A DNA stretch of 64,000 nucleotides from contig JBHLMG010000007.1 in assembly GCA_048938385.1 (NCBI GenBank), forward strand, positions 1 to 64,000, given 5' to 3'. Numbering within the stretch: position 1 is the stretch's first letter; the number at the start of each line of letters is the position of its first letter. Below the pieces are notes generated by a model. The model made no database searches, was not told the DNA's origin, and saw nothing but the letters and a program-made list of their open reading frames with translations. The translations under genes were made by a program, and so were the position numbers. Of this stretch, positions 25,913 through 35,827 are shown one piece after another. The stretch is from Promethearchaeota archaeon (GTDB lineage Archaea > Asgardarchaeota > Hermodarchaeia > Hermodarchaeales > Hermodarchaeaceae).

Positions 25913-26920
25913 ATGCGTCTTCTTATTACAGCTTCATTCCATGAAGAGGGTCTAGAGATACTGCAACATCATGCATCAGTGATCCACGAAGATTGGCGAA
26001 GGACCAGTCGAGTCTATTGGGGGGATGAACTACTCACCAAGTTAAAGGAAAACCAAGCAGACGCCATTATTGTTGAAGCTGACGCTGTCACCGAAGAAGT
26101 GTTCGCTGGAACCTCTCTTCAATTTGTAGGCTGTGCCCGTGATGCTCCAAAAGAAATTGATGTGGATGCTGCCACCGTGAGGGGCATTCCCGTTTTCTAC
26201 GCTCCCGGTCGAAATGCCGATTCTGTTGCAGATCTTACGATTCTCCTCATCCTCGCTCAGGCCCGAAAACTCATACAAACCGATCGATTACTCAAATCAG
26301 GGAAGGTCCAAATTGATAGCGCAGAGCAATTTACTAAGCTCCATGATTTGCTGAAAGGACGCGAGCTAGGACGCAGTACAGTAGGTATCATCGGCTTGGG
26401 GCAAATTGGGTCGCGTGTCGCTAAACGGTTACAGGGATTTGGGTCCCGTATTCTCTTCTATGATCCGTATATTAGTGAAAAACAAGGGAAGAAAATTAAG
26501 ACGGAGAAGGTTGAGTTGGAAACCCTGATGCGGGAATCTGATTTCGTTACCTTGCATACTCGGGCATCGCCAGAAACCTTCCGAATGATTGGTAAAGAAC
26601 AGCTATCGTGGATGAAACCCTCGGCGTTTTTAATCAATACAGCGCGTTCGGCAATTATCGATGAGGACGCTCTTTTTGTTGCACTGAAGGAAGGCCATAT
26701 TGCGGGAGCTGGGCTCGATGTCCATTCACGCGAACCCGTTGATTCCACAAACCGATTCCTCACTCTAGATAATGTTACTGTAACTCCCCATATTGGCGGG
26801 AATACAAGTGATGTTATCTATCGGCAATCTATGATTCTAGCCACAGATATTGATCGATTTTTGAAAGGAGAAACGCCCAAATACTTGGCTAACCCAGAAG
26901 TTTTGAACTCCTCTCGTTGA
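25913..26920 (+). CDS. D-isomer-specific 2-hydroxyacid dehydrogenase
   Basis: GLGQIG, INTARS, DVH..EP, TPHIGG. Confidence 0.92.
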   Translation: MRLLITASFHEEGLEILQHHASVIHEDWRRTSRVYWGDELLTKLKENQADAIIVEADAVTEEVFAGTSLQFVGCARDAPKEIDVDAATVRGIPVFYAPGRNADSVADLTILLILAQARKLIQTDRLLKSGKVQIDSAEQFTKLHDLLKGRELGRSTVGIIGLGQIGSRVAKRLQGFGSRILFYDPYISEKQGKKIKTEKVELETLMRESDFVTLHTRASPETFRMIGKEQLSWMKPSAFLINTARSAIIDEDALFVALKEGHIAGAGLDVHSREPVDSTNRFLTLDNVTVTPHIGGNTSDVIYRQSMILATDIDRFLKGETPKYLANPEVLNSSR

Positions 26921-26929
26921 GGACTTGAT

Positions 26930-28453
26930 ATGGTCTCCCCTCAGCTCTTAACCATCGATTTCGGCACATCAGGCATCAAGTGTATGTCATTCACAATAGC
27001 TGGCAAGGCAACGATTCAACAGTTTACCCCGATTACCTATCTTGACTCAGAGGGATTGATGGGTATCGGCAAAGAATTCGATGCTACGAAGACATGGGCT
27101 ATAATATGTCGAATGATTCGCGCCTGTATACGAGATGCCAAGCTGGCACCAAGGAATATCATCGCCATCGCTGCAACCAGTCAACGACACGGTGCAGTAT
27201 TCCTCGATGGGAAAGGGGAGGTTCTCTACTCAGGTCCTAACTTAGATGCCCGTGGAGTCTTCGTTCAAGACACTGTCCTGCAAGATCTTGAATCTTCATG
27301 TCCTCCAACTGGGTGCTGGCCTCCACTGCTTTACTCGCTATGTCGGCTCATTTGGTACAAACAAAATAAACCTGAGATTTACAAGAAAATCCATCATGTA
27401 CTTTCGATTAGTGACTGGATTGCATATGAACTCACAGGAAAAGCCGTAACCGATCCCTCTCAAGCATCGAATACCCAGTTGATGGATATCGAAAAATCTG
27501 TTTGGTCTCCTGAAATTCTCGAAATGGCTGATGTCTCAGTAGATCTCTTACCACCAATCCACCATTCGGGAACACTCATTGGACACATCTCAAACAAAGC
27601 TAGCCAGGCCACTGGTTTATCACCAAAAACAATCGTTGGGGTGGGAGGTGCTGATACTCAGTGTGCCTTACTAGGTTCAGCTATTATCAAACCAGGTCAG
27701 GCCTGTGTGGTTGCAGGAAATACAGCCCCAATCCAGCTGATCACTGACCATCCAATTATCGACAAAACCTGCAAATTATGGACGGGTCGATTCTTAATAC
27801 CGAAACACTGGGTAATTGAAGCCAATACCGGAAAAGTTGGTGAAGTTTTGCGATGGTTTGTCCAAAACCTCATCCAGCCACTTACGGAGATACCTACACC
27901 TCAAGAAGCTTATGCTAAGGTCGAGGCTCTAGCAACCCAAGCAGAGATCGGCTCTCACGACGCGATTGCGCTGTTAGGCCCTCAAATCATGGATGCTAAA
28001 GATATCGCTACAGTGCGTCCAGCGATGTTTATGTTTCCTCCACCTGCTTCCCCGGTCGTTACTCCCGTTACGATTCATGATTTAGCACGAGCCCTGTTCG
28101 AAAATATTTGTTATGCTGTACGGATGAATCTCAATTTAATTCAGCAACTAGCCAAAATCTCTCTTTCTTCTTGTACAATAGCAGGCGGACTTGCTCAGAG
28201 CCAATTTTGGCAACAAGTCCTGGCCGATGTCACAGGGCTAGAAATTCAGCGAGGGCAGGAAGTAGAGGCTTCCAGCTTAGGTGCAGCTATTTGCGCCGCC
28301 ACAGCAGCGAATGAGTACGATACTCTTCCCTTGGCGAGTAAGGCTATGGTCAAGCTGCAGTCTTCCATTCATCCACGCCCAGAAATTCGTGATAAATACA
28401 ATACCTATTTTACTCGGTGGCAGGCTTTGTACAAACAATCAGCTAACCTATAA
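26930..28453 (+). CDS. FGGY-family carbohydrate kinase, LsrK-like
   Basis: IDFGTSG, ATSQR, DAR, DPSQAS, GGADTQC, AGGLAQS, EASSLGAA. Confidence 0.9.
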   Translation: MVSPQLLTIDFGTSGIKCMSFTIAGKATIQQFTPITYLDSEGLMGIGKEFDATKTWAIICRMIRACIRDAKLAPRNIIAIAATSQRHGAVFLDGKGEVLYSGPNLDARGVFVQDTVLQDLESSCPPTGCWPPLLYSLCRLIWYKQNKPEIYKKIHHVLSISDWIAYELTGKAVTDPSQASNTQLMDIEKSVWSPEILEMADVSVDLLPPIHHSGTLIGHISNKASQATGLSPKTIVGVGGADTQCALLGSAIIKPGQACVVAGNTAPIQLITDHPIIDKTCKLWTGRFLIPKHWVIEANTGKVGEVLRWFVQNLIQPLTEIPTPQEAYAKVEALATQAEIGSHDAIALLGPQIMDAKDIATVRPAMFMFPPPASPVVTPVTIHDLARALFENICYAVRMNLNLIQQLAKISLSSCTIAGGLAQSQFWQQVLADVTGLEIQRGQEVEASSLGAAICAATAANEYDTLPLASKAMVKLQSSIHPRPEIRDKYNTYFTRWQALYKQSANL

Positions 28454-28484
28454 GGGGGAACCCCCTACTGGATGGCGGTTTGAT

Positions 28485-29153
28485 ATGACATTCGACTCCT
28501 CGCAAGATCCTAAGACAATAGTTCTCAATGCATGCAAAGAAATGCAAAAGGTCGCCCTCGTTATTGGTAGCTCTGGAAACGCGAGCCAACGAATTATGGG
28601 AACCGATCAGGTTGCTATCACTCCTAGTAGCGTTGATTATTCTTGTATGTGTGCTGATGATGTAATGATCATCAACTTAGAGGGTGAAGTACTTGACGGT
28701 GATCGTAACCCCTCAATAGAATACCCCTTGCACACAGCCATCTACAAGACGCGACCTGATGTTAATGCGATTGTTCACACCCATTGTATCTACGCTTCGG
28801 CGCTTGCTGTACTGCGTCAACCAATTCCTCCTATTATTGACGAGTTCGTCATTAAACTCGGTGGACAAGTGGAGGTGGCTGAATATGGGTTGCCAGGTAG
28901 CCATGAACTAGCGGATAATGTTGTAAAAGCGCTGGGTCCTCGGAATGCAGTGCTGTTAGCAAATCATGGTGGAGTCACCGTAGGATCCACTATGGATAGT
29001 GCTTTTCATAACGCGTTGCTCCTTGAACGAGTCGCTCAAATCTATCTGCTAGCGAGGGCAGTGGACTCTAAGAAGATTACCAGCATTCCTCCTGAGGCGG
29101 TTAAAACTCAACAGCAGCTATTCGAAATGATGAAGCGATTTAAAAAAGGGTGA
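28485..29153 (+). CDS. Class II aldolase/adducin family, FucA-like
   Basis: GN.S, PS.E...H, HTH and NHG zinc ligands. Start moved to MTFDSS. Confidence 0.92.
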   Translation: MTFDSSQDPKTIVLNACKEMQKVALVIGSSGNASQRIMGTDQVAITPSSVDYSCMCADDVMIINLEGEVLDGDRNPSIEYPLHTAIYKTRPDVNAIVHTHCIYASALAVLRQPIPPIIDEFVIKLGGQVEVAEYGLPGSHELADNVVKALGPRNAVLLANHGGVTVGSTMDSAFHNALLLERVAQIYLLARAVDSKKITSIPPEAVKTQQQLFEMMKRFKKG

Positions 29154-29159
29154 TACTGC

Positions 29160-31001
29160 ATGCCGGCCCTGCCAGGGTATATGAACCGCTTCCTGTTTGT
29201 GGATTTGACTAGAGGCATTGTAAAGCGCAAGCCAGTAGACCACGAGATTGCGAAGAATTTCATTGGGGGCGCTGGCTATGCCGCGCGATTGCTCTACAAC
29301 CGCCTTGAACTTGAAAGGCTTGACCCATTTCATCCAGACAACGAAGTGGCGATCTTTACTGGGCCACTCACTGCTACAGGGGCCCCATGTACTGGGCGCC
29401 ATGCCATCTGTACGAAATCGGCGCTTACGGGAATTTGGGGAGAATCAACAGGTGGAGGGTACTTTGGGGCTGAGCTGCGAAAGGCAGGATTAGACGGCCT
29501 CCTAATCTCTGGAAAAGCGAAAACCCCAGTGTTCTTGGACATCACCAATGACGAAGCTCTATTGAAAGCAGCAGATCATTTGTGGGGAAAAGACACCTTT
29601 CAAACACAAGACATTATTCGTAAGGAAACAGCTGATGAAAATACACGGATTCTCTCGATTGGTCCCGCTGGAGAAAATCGGGTCCGGTTCGCCGCTATAA
29701 TGAATGATAAAGGACGCGCTAGCGCTCGTGCAGGAGCTGGAGCTGTTCTTGGGGCGAAACAACTGAAAGCGATTGCGGTGCGGGGCTCACAGAAACCTGA
29801 ACTTGCAGACCCTGAAGAATTTCGTGAGCACGCAAAAACGGCATTTCAGTTACTTGAAATCCTCGCGCGCATCTTAGGGGAGCACGGGACCCTTTATAGC
29901 GCGGATATGCTAATGAACCTATTCAATGATATGCCCGTCCGCTATTTCTCCCAACCTACTATGGATATTTCAAAAATCAATGCCAAGGCTTTGAAAAAAT
30001 ACCGGTCCGGAAAGTACCACTGTCATGCCTGCCCTATTGGGTGTGGTCCAGTTATCACTGTTAAAGAAGCAAATGTCACACTGAAGGATGTCGCTGGACC
30101 TGAATATGAAACCATAGCGGCTTTTGGAACCCTCTGTCAGGTCGATGACCTCTCTTTCCTATGTCAGGCTAATCATCTCTGTAATCTCTATGGGATTGAT
30201 ACAATCTCCTGTGGTAGCGTTATTGCCTTCAGTTTTGCTGCACATGAAAACGCAAAAATCCCTCAAGAACTCGCTGGCTCCTTAGATCTCTCCTTTGGTA
30301 ATGCAGAAACCATGGTAAGACTCATTGAAATGATAACCACACGCCAGGATCTCGGGGATATCCTTGCTGAAGGCGTAAAACGAGCTGCTGAAAAACTCAG
30401 TGTACCTCATCTTGCTCTTCATGTGAAGGGTCTAGAAATACCAATGCATGATCCCCGAGCCTTCTTTGGTCTTGCCACTGCCTATGCCGTATCTCCTATT
30501 GGCGCAAGTCACATGCAAGGTGATATACCAACAATTGATATTGGCGTCGAAATCCCTGACTTCGGCATTGAACCAGGAGACCGACATGCAGATAGAAATC
30601 AAGGAATAAAAATCGCAAAACTCCGAAATTGGCGTACTCTCTTCAATTCTCTCCCACTCTGTCAACTTGCCCTCCTTGAGCCTCCACTAGTTACAGCCCT
30701 TTATAATGCTGCAACCGGGCGAAAGTGTTCACCAATTCAGCTCCTTGAAATCGGTGAACGGTCAATGATGCTAAAGCGGGCTTTCAATATTCGATGCGGA
30801 ATCACCGCTGCAGACGATCACTTGCCACTAATCTTATCAACGCCAATGACCAGCGGACTCAACGAAGGAAAGGTTCCAAATCTGTCCCTTCAACTCAAAC
30901 AATTCTACGAAGAGAGCCAGTGGGATCCTGAAACCGGTAAGCCTTTGATTGATCGCCTTTCTGAACTGGGATTAGCTGATGTGGCCAAAGATATCTGGTA
31001 A
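29160..31001 (+). CDS. aor: Tungsten aldehyde:ferredoxin oxidoreductase family
   Basis: IGPAGE..RFA, K.LKAI, CHACPIGC, EYET, DTIS.G, KGLE...HDPR. Confidence 0.95.
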   Translation: MPALPGYMNRFLFVDLTRGIVKRKPVDHEIAKNFIGGAGYAARLLYNRLELERLDPFHPDNEVAIFTGPLTATGAPCTGRHAICTKSALTGIWGESTGGGYFGAELRKAGLDGLLISGKAKTPVFLDITNDEALLKAADHLWGKDTFQTQDIIRKETADENTRILSIGPAGENRVRFAAIMNDKGRASARAGAGAVLGAKQLKAIAVRGSQKPELADPEEFREHAKTAFQLLEILARILGEHGTLYSADMLMNLFNDMPVRYFSQPTMDISKINAKALKKYRSGKYHCHACPIGCGPVITVKEANVTLKDVAGPEYETIAAFGTLCQVDDLSFLCQANHLCNLYGIDTISCGSVIAFSFAAHENAKIPQELAGSLDLSFGNAETMVRLIEMITTRQDLGDILAEGVKRAAEKLSVPHLALHVKGLEIPMHDPRAFFGLATAYAVSPIGASHMQGDIPTIDIGVEIPDFGIEPGDRHADRNQGIKIAKLRNWRTLFNSLPLCQLALLEPPLVTALYNAATGRKCSPIQLLEIGERSMMLKRAFNIRCGITAADDHLPLILSTPMTSGLNEGKVPNLSLQLKQFYEESQWDPETGKPLIDRLSELGLADVAKDIW

Positions 31002-31096
31002 GTGTTCCGAGCCCCCAATTCTTGCTGAATTAGCGGAACTCTTTAATCCATCTATTTGTGCACTCGACAGCAGCGCTGATCATCATCGAAGTGACT

Positions 31097-32524
31097 ATGA
31101 TGACGCCAGACAAATCTAAGGAGAAAAAACCTCCACGCCCCTGGGAAATCAAGCCTCCTCAAATGCCACATCAGAACCCGAAAACACGGATTACCAACTT
31201 CGGGGAAGTAAATCTAGGATATACAGAAGAGCAAATCCTGCAAGAGGCAACGCGCTGTATGCAATGTAAAAACCCTACATGCGTAGCGGGCTGTCCGGTT
31301 GAAATCGAAATTAACCGCTTCTTAGATGCGGTGCGTAACAAGGATTATCGCGCTGCCATAGGAATAATCAAAGAGAAAAATAGTCTACCTGCTATCTGCG
31401 GGCGTGTCTGCCCACAAGAAATTCAATGTCAAAAAGGCTGCGTCCTCAGTAAGAAAGGGTATCCCATTGAAATTGGACGCGTTGAACGCTTCCTCGCTGA
31501 CTGGGAGCGTGAACACGGTGTAAAACTTCCCGCCCTTCCTCAACCTACAGGTCTCCAGGTTGCCATTGTGGGAAGTGGTCCAGCTGGACTCACTGCTGCA
31601 GGGGATTTAGCTCTCCTGGGCCATGGAGTCACAGTCTTTGAGAGTCTACATGAGCCTGGAGGCGTTTTAGTGTATGGAATTCCTGAATTCCGATTACCCA
31701 AAGCGATTGTCAAGGCTGAAGTCGATTATCTCAAACAGTTAGGAGTTAAATTCCAGCTTAATGCCTTCATTGGTCAACTTTACTCGTTAGAGGATCTATT
31801 CGACAAAGGCTTCGATGCCATACTTCTCGCCTCCGGAGCAGGACTCCCCCGATTCATGCAAATTCCTGGGGTCAATTTAGTTGGAACCTATAGTAGTAAT
31901 GAGTTCCTCACCCGCGTCAATCTAATGCGAGCCTATCAATTCCCCGAATATGATACCCCTATTATTCGGGGCAAAACTGTAGCAGTAATTGGTGGAGGTA
32001 ATGCGGCCATGGATAGTGCGCGTACTGCATTACGACTTGGTGCATCCAAAGTCTACATTGTGTATCGACGCTCAGAAAAAGAAATGCCCGTGCGTCGAGA
32101 AGAATACCTCCACGCTCAGGAAGAGGGAGTAGAGTTCAAGTTCCTCACCCAACCCACAGAGCTCTTTGGTGGTGATCTTGACCGAGTCACAAGAATGCGC
32201 TGTATTCAAAATTGCTTGGGCGAACCCGATGAAAGTGGTCGGTGTCGCCCTGAGCCCATTGAAGGCTCTGAGTTTGAATTCCCTGTGGATACAGTGATTT
32301 TTGCGATCGGTGCTTCAGCCAATCCTTCAGTGCCTAGTTGTACACCTGAACTTGAATGTGATCGATGGGGTGATGTCATCGTTGACCCTGAGACCTTAGA
32401 AACATCAATTTCTCATGTGTGGGCAGCTGGTGATCTTACTGGGGGTGAGGGAACCGTGATTGCTGCTGCAGGAGAGGGGAAAAGAGCGGCCCGAAACATT
32501 CATTCATATCTAACACAACTCTAA
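31097..32524 (+). CDS. sudA: NfnB/SudA (GltD-like) large subunit
   Basis: RCMQC...CVAGCP, CGRVCPQE.QC...C, GSGPAG, YGIPEFRLPK, GGGNAAMD, YRRS. Confidence 0.93.
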   Translation: MMTPDKSKEKKPPRPWEIKPPQMPHQNPKTRITNFGEVNLGYTEEQILQEATRCMQCKNPTCVAGCPVEIEINRFLDAVRNKDYRAAIGIIKEKNSLPAICGRVCPQEIQCQKGCVLSKKGYPIEIGRVERFLADWEREHGVKLPALPQPTGLQVAIVGSGPAGLTAAGDLALLGHGVTVFESLHEPGGVLVYGIPEFRLPKAIVKAEVDYLKQLGVKFQLNAFIGQLYSLEDLFDKGFDAILLASGAGLPRFMQIPGVNLVGTYSSNEFLTRVNLMRAYQFPEYDTPIIRGKTVAVIGGGNAAMDSARTALRLGASKVYIVYRRSEKEMPVRREEYLHAQEEGVEFKFLTQPTELFGGDLDRVTRMRCIQNCLGEPDESGRCRPEPIEGSEFEFPVDTVIFAIGASANPSVPSCTPELECDRWGDVIVDPETLETSISHVWAAGDLTGGEGTVIAAAGEGKRAARNIHSYLTQL

Positions 32525-32690
32525 CCGCCTGCTGCATGACATATTTTATACATCAAATTTGTAGCCGAAAATTAGTAACTCTAATCATTTTTTTAGTTTC
32601 AATACTCCTCTAACTAGGACGTAGCTCTTCTGACAATGTTCCCTATCAGAGGGTTTATGAGCAACTGCAAGAAGGAATAGTTGGATTGGG

Positions 32691-32801
32691 ATGATCGGAC
32701 CAATTTCTGCTGCCCCTTTCATAATATTGTGTTTTTTCATTATCATCATGAGCTTATATTTCATCTACAAACTTGTAAAAAATTCGAGAACGATGGTGTA
32801 A
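32691..32801 (+). CDS. Candidate small single-pass membrane protein (36 aa)
   Basis: MIGPISAAPFIILCFFIIIMSLYFIYKLVKNSRTMV, read by hand; below the track cut-off. Confidence 0.3.
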   Translation: MIGPISAAPFIILCFFIIIMSLYFIYKLVKNSRTMV

Positions 32802-33147
32802 TCTCTTCCTTCCATCTACTCAGAAATTAAGAGTCAGACTTGGCGTCCCTATACTGATTACATTCATTCCAAGGGTCACTTCAAGAGTTGAGGGAATTTG
32901 CCTTCTATTCATTAATAGGTCATTCCCCTAATGTGATAACTCAACTTACTCATCATAAGAACGCGTCAATTACGTATTCCAATGTCGCTACCATCACCAT
33001 AACATATTTATTGAATCGTTCGGGCATTGGGCGGTAAGCATGTGTTATTTAGGCATGCCTGAAACCCAAAAGAAGAGTGATGCACAATGACATACTTTAA
33101 TCCAAGAAGTAAACACACTGCTGCACAAACACCGACCGCCCTCCAAG

Positions 33148-33798
33148 GTGATGACGATGGTGATGGCCAACGGCCCCTCACGCGGGCGTTCACTGGTTTG
33201 GCGAGTTTATCGCGAAGCCATGCCTATCCTTCTCTTCACTGTAGTAGCGGAGCTCTTCGCCGGATACCTCTTAATTCAACTTGAACATGGCAGCCTTGCA
33301 AACCTTGTGGGGCTTTTTGTTTTAATTCCTGGGCTCATGCAATTACGCGGGAACATTTCTACAGCTCTAGCTCAACGTTTAGGGTCTGCAACTCATCTCG
33401 GCACGATCTCTTGGAAACAAGGGTTAAACGAACCCCTTCGGGCCAACATAAAAGTAGCCTTCTACCTGGGGCTGGTGATGTCCTTCAGTTTAGGCGTTGG
33501 AGCGTGGGTAGTTACTCAATTAAGTCTTAGTTCCCTGGGAAACCAAGGCATCTCCATTGATTTTCATATCCTTGCACTCTCTCAATTTGTAACTATCGCC
33601 ATGGTCACAGCTCTCCTAGCGAGCTTAGTTCAAGTTACTATTACGGTGACCGTTGCCTTATTCGCTCATGCTAAGGGGCTTGACCCAGATAATGTGGTGA
33701 TTCCGATGGTAGCAGCAATTGGTGACATAATCACTATCGCCTGCCTTCTCTTTGCGATCAATTTCGCGGTCCTTATTGTTCCTCCCTGGCCCCTTTGA
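33148..33798 (+). CDS. MgtE-type divalent cation transporter membrane domain, subunit 1
   Basis: PGLMQLRGNI..A...RL and GLDPDN...P....GD motifs. Confidence 0.88.
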   Translation: MMTMVMANGPSRGRSLVWRVYREAMPILLFTVVAELFAGYLLIQLEHGSLANLVGLFVLIPGLMQLRGNISTALAQRLGSATHLGTISWKQGLNEPLRANIKVAFYLGLVMSFSLGVGAWVVTQLSLSSLGNQGISIDFHILALSQFVTIAMVTALLASLVQVTITVTVALFAHAKGLDPDNVVIPMVAAIGDIITIACLLFAINFAVLIVPPWPL

Positions 33799-33811
33799 GA
33801 GGTGAATCCTG

Positions 33812-34408
33812 ATGACCACTCACACTGTCCGTAAAATCCTCCTCGAAAGCCTGCCGGTTCTTGCTGTGGTGTTAGTGTTCGCTCTTGCTGCTGGACAGTT
33901 CCTTGACCAAACCGTAGATGGGCTGCGAGTAATCTTTCCCTTGGTGCTCCTAATGGTGCCAGCCTTTATCGACATCACTGGTGATCTTGCCGGAGTGGTA
34001 GGAGCCCGCGTTACTAGTCATCTCTACACTGGTGAGCTTGATCAAGGGTTCCGACCTTATCGCCTTCTCATTACTAATCTGTTAGCCATCCTCCTCGTTT
34101 CTGCTACTGCGTACGCTTTCTTAGGAGTCTGTGTGATCGCTATCACATTAGGCGTAGGATTTGTTTTCGGGCTGGTTTTCCCGGTTGTGGGATTTCCACA
34201 TCTGTTTTTTGCTATTCTCGGTGCAGGAGTGTCAGCTACAGCGTGTACGAGCGTGATTGGGTTATTCGCAGCGCGGCTTGTTTATCGGTCAGGGCGGGAT
34301 CCTGACAGCATTATTCCACCTCTAACCACAACCATAGGAGACTTACTAGGTATCGTTTTCATTGCCCTTGCAATCATTGGTATAGGTAATCTCCTAAACC
34401 TCATCTAA
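33812..34408 (+). CDS. MgtE-type divalent cation transporter membrane domain, subunit 2
   Basis: PAF..ITGDL..V.GAR and DPDS..PP.TTT.GD motifs. Confidence 0.88.
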   Translation: MTTHTVRKILLESLPVLAVVLVFALAAGQFLDQTVDGLRVIFPLVLLMVPAFIDITGDLAGVVGARVTSHLYTGELDQGFRPYRLLITNLLAILLVSATAYAFLGVCVIAITLGVGFVFGLVFPVVGFPHLFFAILGAGVSATACTSVIGLFAARLVYRSGRDPDSIIPPLTTTIGDLLGIVFIALAIIGIGNLLNLI

Positions 34409-34479
34409 ACTAGAAGCGTGAAAAAAGGGGAAGTGGAAGAGCGGTTCCTTTGTCTCAGTAGGTTTCGTCTTTTGGTATG

Positions 34480-35718
34480 TTATACGCTCTTCCAACCAGG
34501 TGCGCGTTTCCAGATGTAGACATGAATTAACATCGCCCAGAGCAGCCACAGTACCCAATTGACAGGATTGTATACTCCAGTTAAGAGGAAATCGCCGAGT
34601 AGCAACGGTGAGATGAAGAAGTAGAGAAAGAGGCTGACTAAGCCCAATACAATAACGATGATGGTGCGGATTAAGATATTCACGATGGCATTGTACTTGG
34701 TGGGCCAGTTTCCAAAGTATTGAGTCCAGAGGAATATGTTGAGAATGATAAAGACGGCTATCCATGCTGAATAGGCATGCATCGCAGCAAAGCCCAGTGT
34801 TGCCATTATTCCGGCTAACAGGATAGGCATAATGAAGAAGGCAAAGAGGCCACCTAGAAGAGTGCAACCAATTAAAGCCGCAACACCAATCCATGGTTGT
34901 TTCTTGAGGGCTTTCCAGGGTTGGTATTCCCAGGTCATTAGAGTGAGTAGTCCAAACATGATGATCCATTGGGTAAAGGCTAGGGAGAGGTAAGCACCAC
35001 CGTTGTTCACTTCACCTGCAATGGGGTCATATGCCCAGAAGGGCCAAGCAGTCCAAATGGTCCAATCTACAGTGGTTGTCGTTGGGGGGAGCGCGGTAGC
35101 AATTTGAAAAGGCCAGTATAGTATGAGCCATGTGAAGGTCGTGATGACGCCTGCGAGTAGCATAACCGTAAAACCACGCTTGGGTTGCTCTAGCTCAGTA
35201 AATGGCCAGTATATGCTTCCTGCAGCCCAAATGGAGGCAAAACTGAATCCACAAGAGAGAATCGTTCCAATAGCGGCAGATGACAGGAAAAGCGCCAGGT
35301 ACCAGTTACCGCCGATTGTAGAGACATTCATGAGGGCAAACGGGCTGAACATTGGTATCATGTACGGACCAATAATGAACCAGAACACTAGAATGACGAT
35401 AGCAATTGCAATGATGTTGAGCAGCGTACCGACTATGCCTTGCGCAATCAGGTTTTTCAACTTGGAAGCGAGGTAGTGGTCAAACCAGATTTGAAAAACG
35501 ACGACAAGGATTCCCCATCCAGCAATTGCCGATCCGAGGAACATCCAGCCAGACCAGTAAAAGAGGGAAAATCGCCAGTCCATGAAAACATACCAGAACA
35601 CTAGTGCAACGATGAAAATGATGATGAAATTCACCAAACCTGAAACAATCCAGTTCCATCGACGTTCTGTGATGACAGGACGCCACATCTGTTTTTCAAG
35701 TGATTTTTCTTCGCTCAT
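34480..35718 (-). CDS. Trp-rich multipass membrane protein, putative transporter
   Basis: About 10-11 TM segments with repeated WP(F/W)..L.QP..G motifs. Confidence 0.7.
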   Translation of the reverse strand: MSEEKSLEKQMWRPVITERRWNWIVSGLVNFIIIFIVALVFWYVFMDWRFSLFYWSGWMFLGSAIAGWGILVVVFQIWFDHYLASKLKNLIAQGIVGTLLNIIAIAIVILVFWFIIGPYMIPMFSPFALMNVSTIGGNWYLALFLSSAAIGTILSCGFSFASIWAAGSIYWPFTELEQPKRGFTVMLLAGVITTFTWLILYWPFQIATALPPTTTTVDWTIWTAWPFWAYDPIAGEVNNGGAYLSLAFTQWIIMFGLLTLMTWEYQPWKALKKQPWIGVAALIGCTLLGGLFAFFIMPILLAGIMATLGFAAMHAYSAWIAVFIILNIFLWTQYFGNWPTKYNAIVNILIRTIIVIVLGLVSLFLYFFISPLLLGDFLLTGVYNPVNWVLWLLWAMLIHVYIWKRAPGWKSV

Positions 35719-35827
35719 TTAGTCAACACCTGTTGACATTTTGGCGAATCCTATATCATGCTGTTAAGATATTTAAGCATGAATGGATGACCCCTTCAGC
35801 ATCTAATTGCGCATACGAGGTTTTAGC

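Noticed and set aside
31097-32524. Glutamate synthase small subunit acting with gdh
   Set aside because: No large subunit is in the window and a sudB/nfnA partner is present, so Nfn is the better call.
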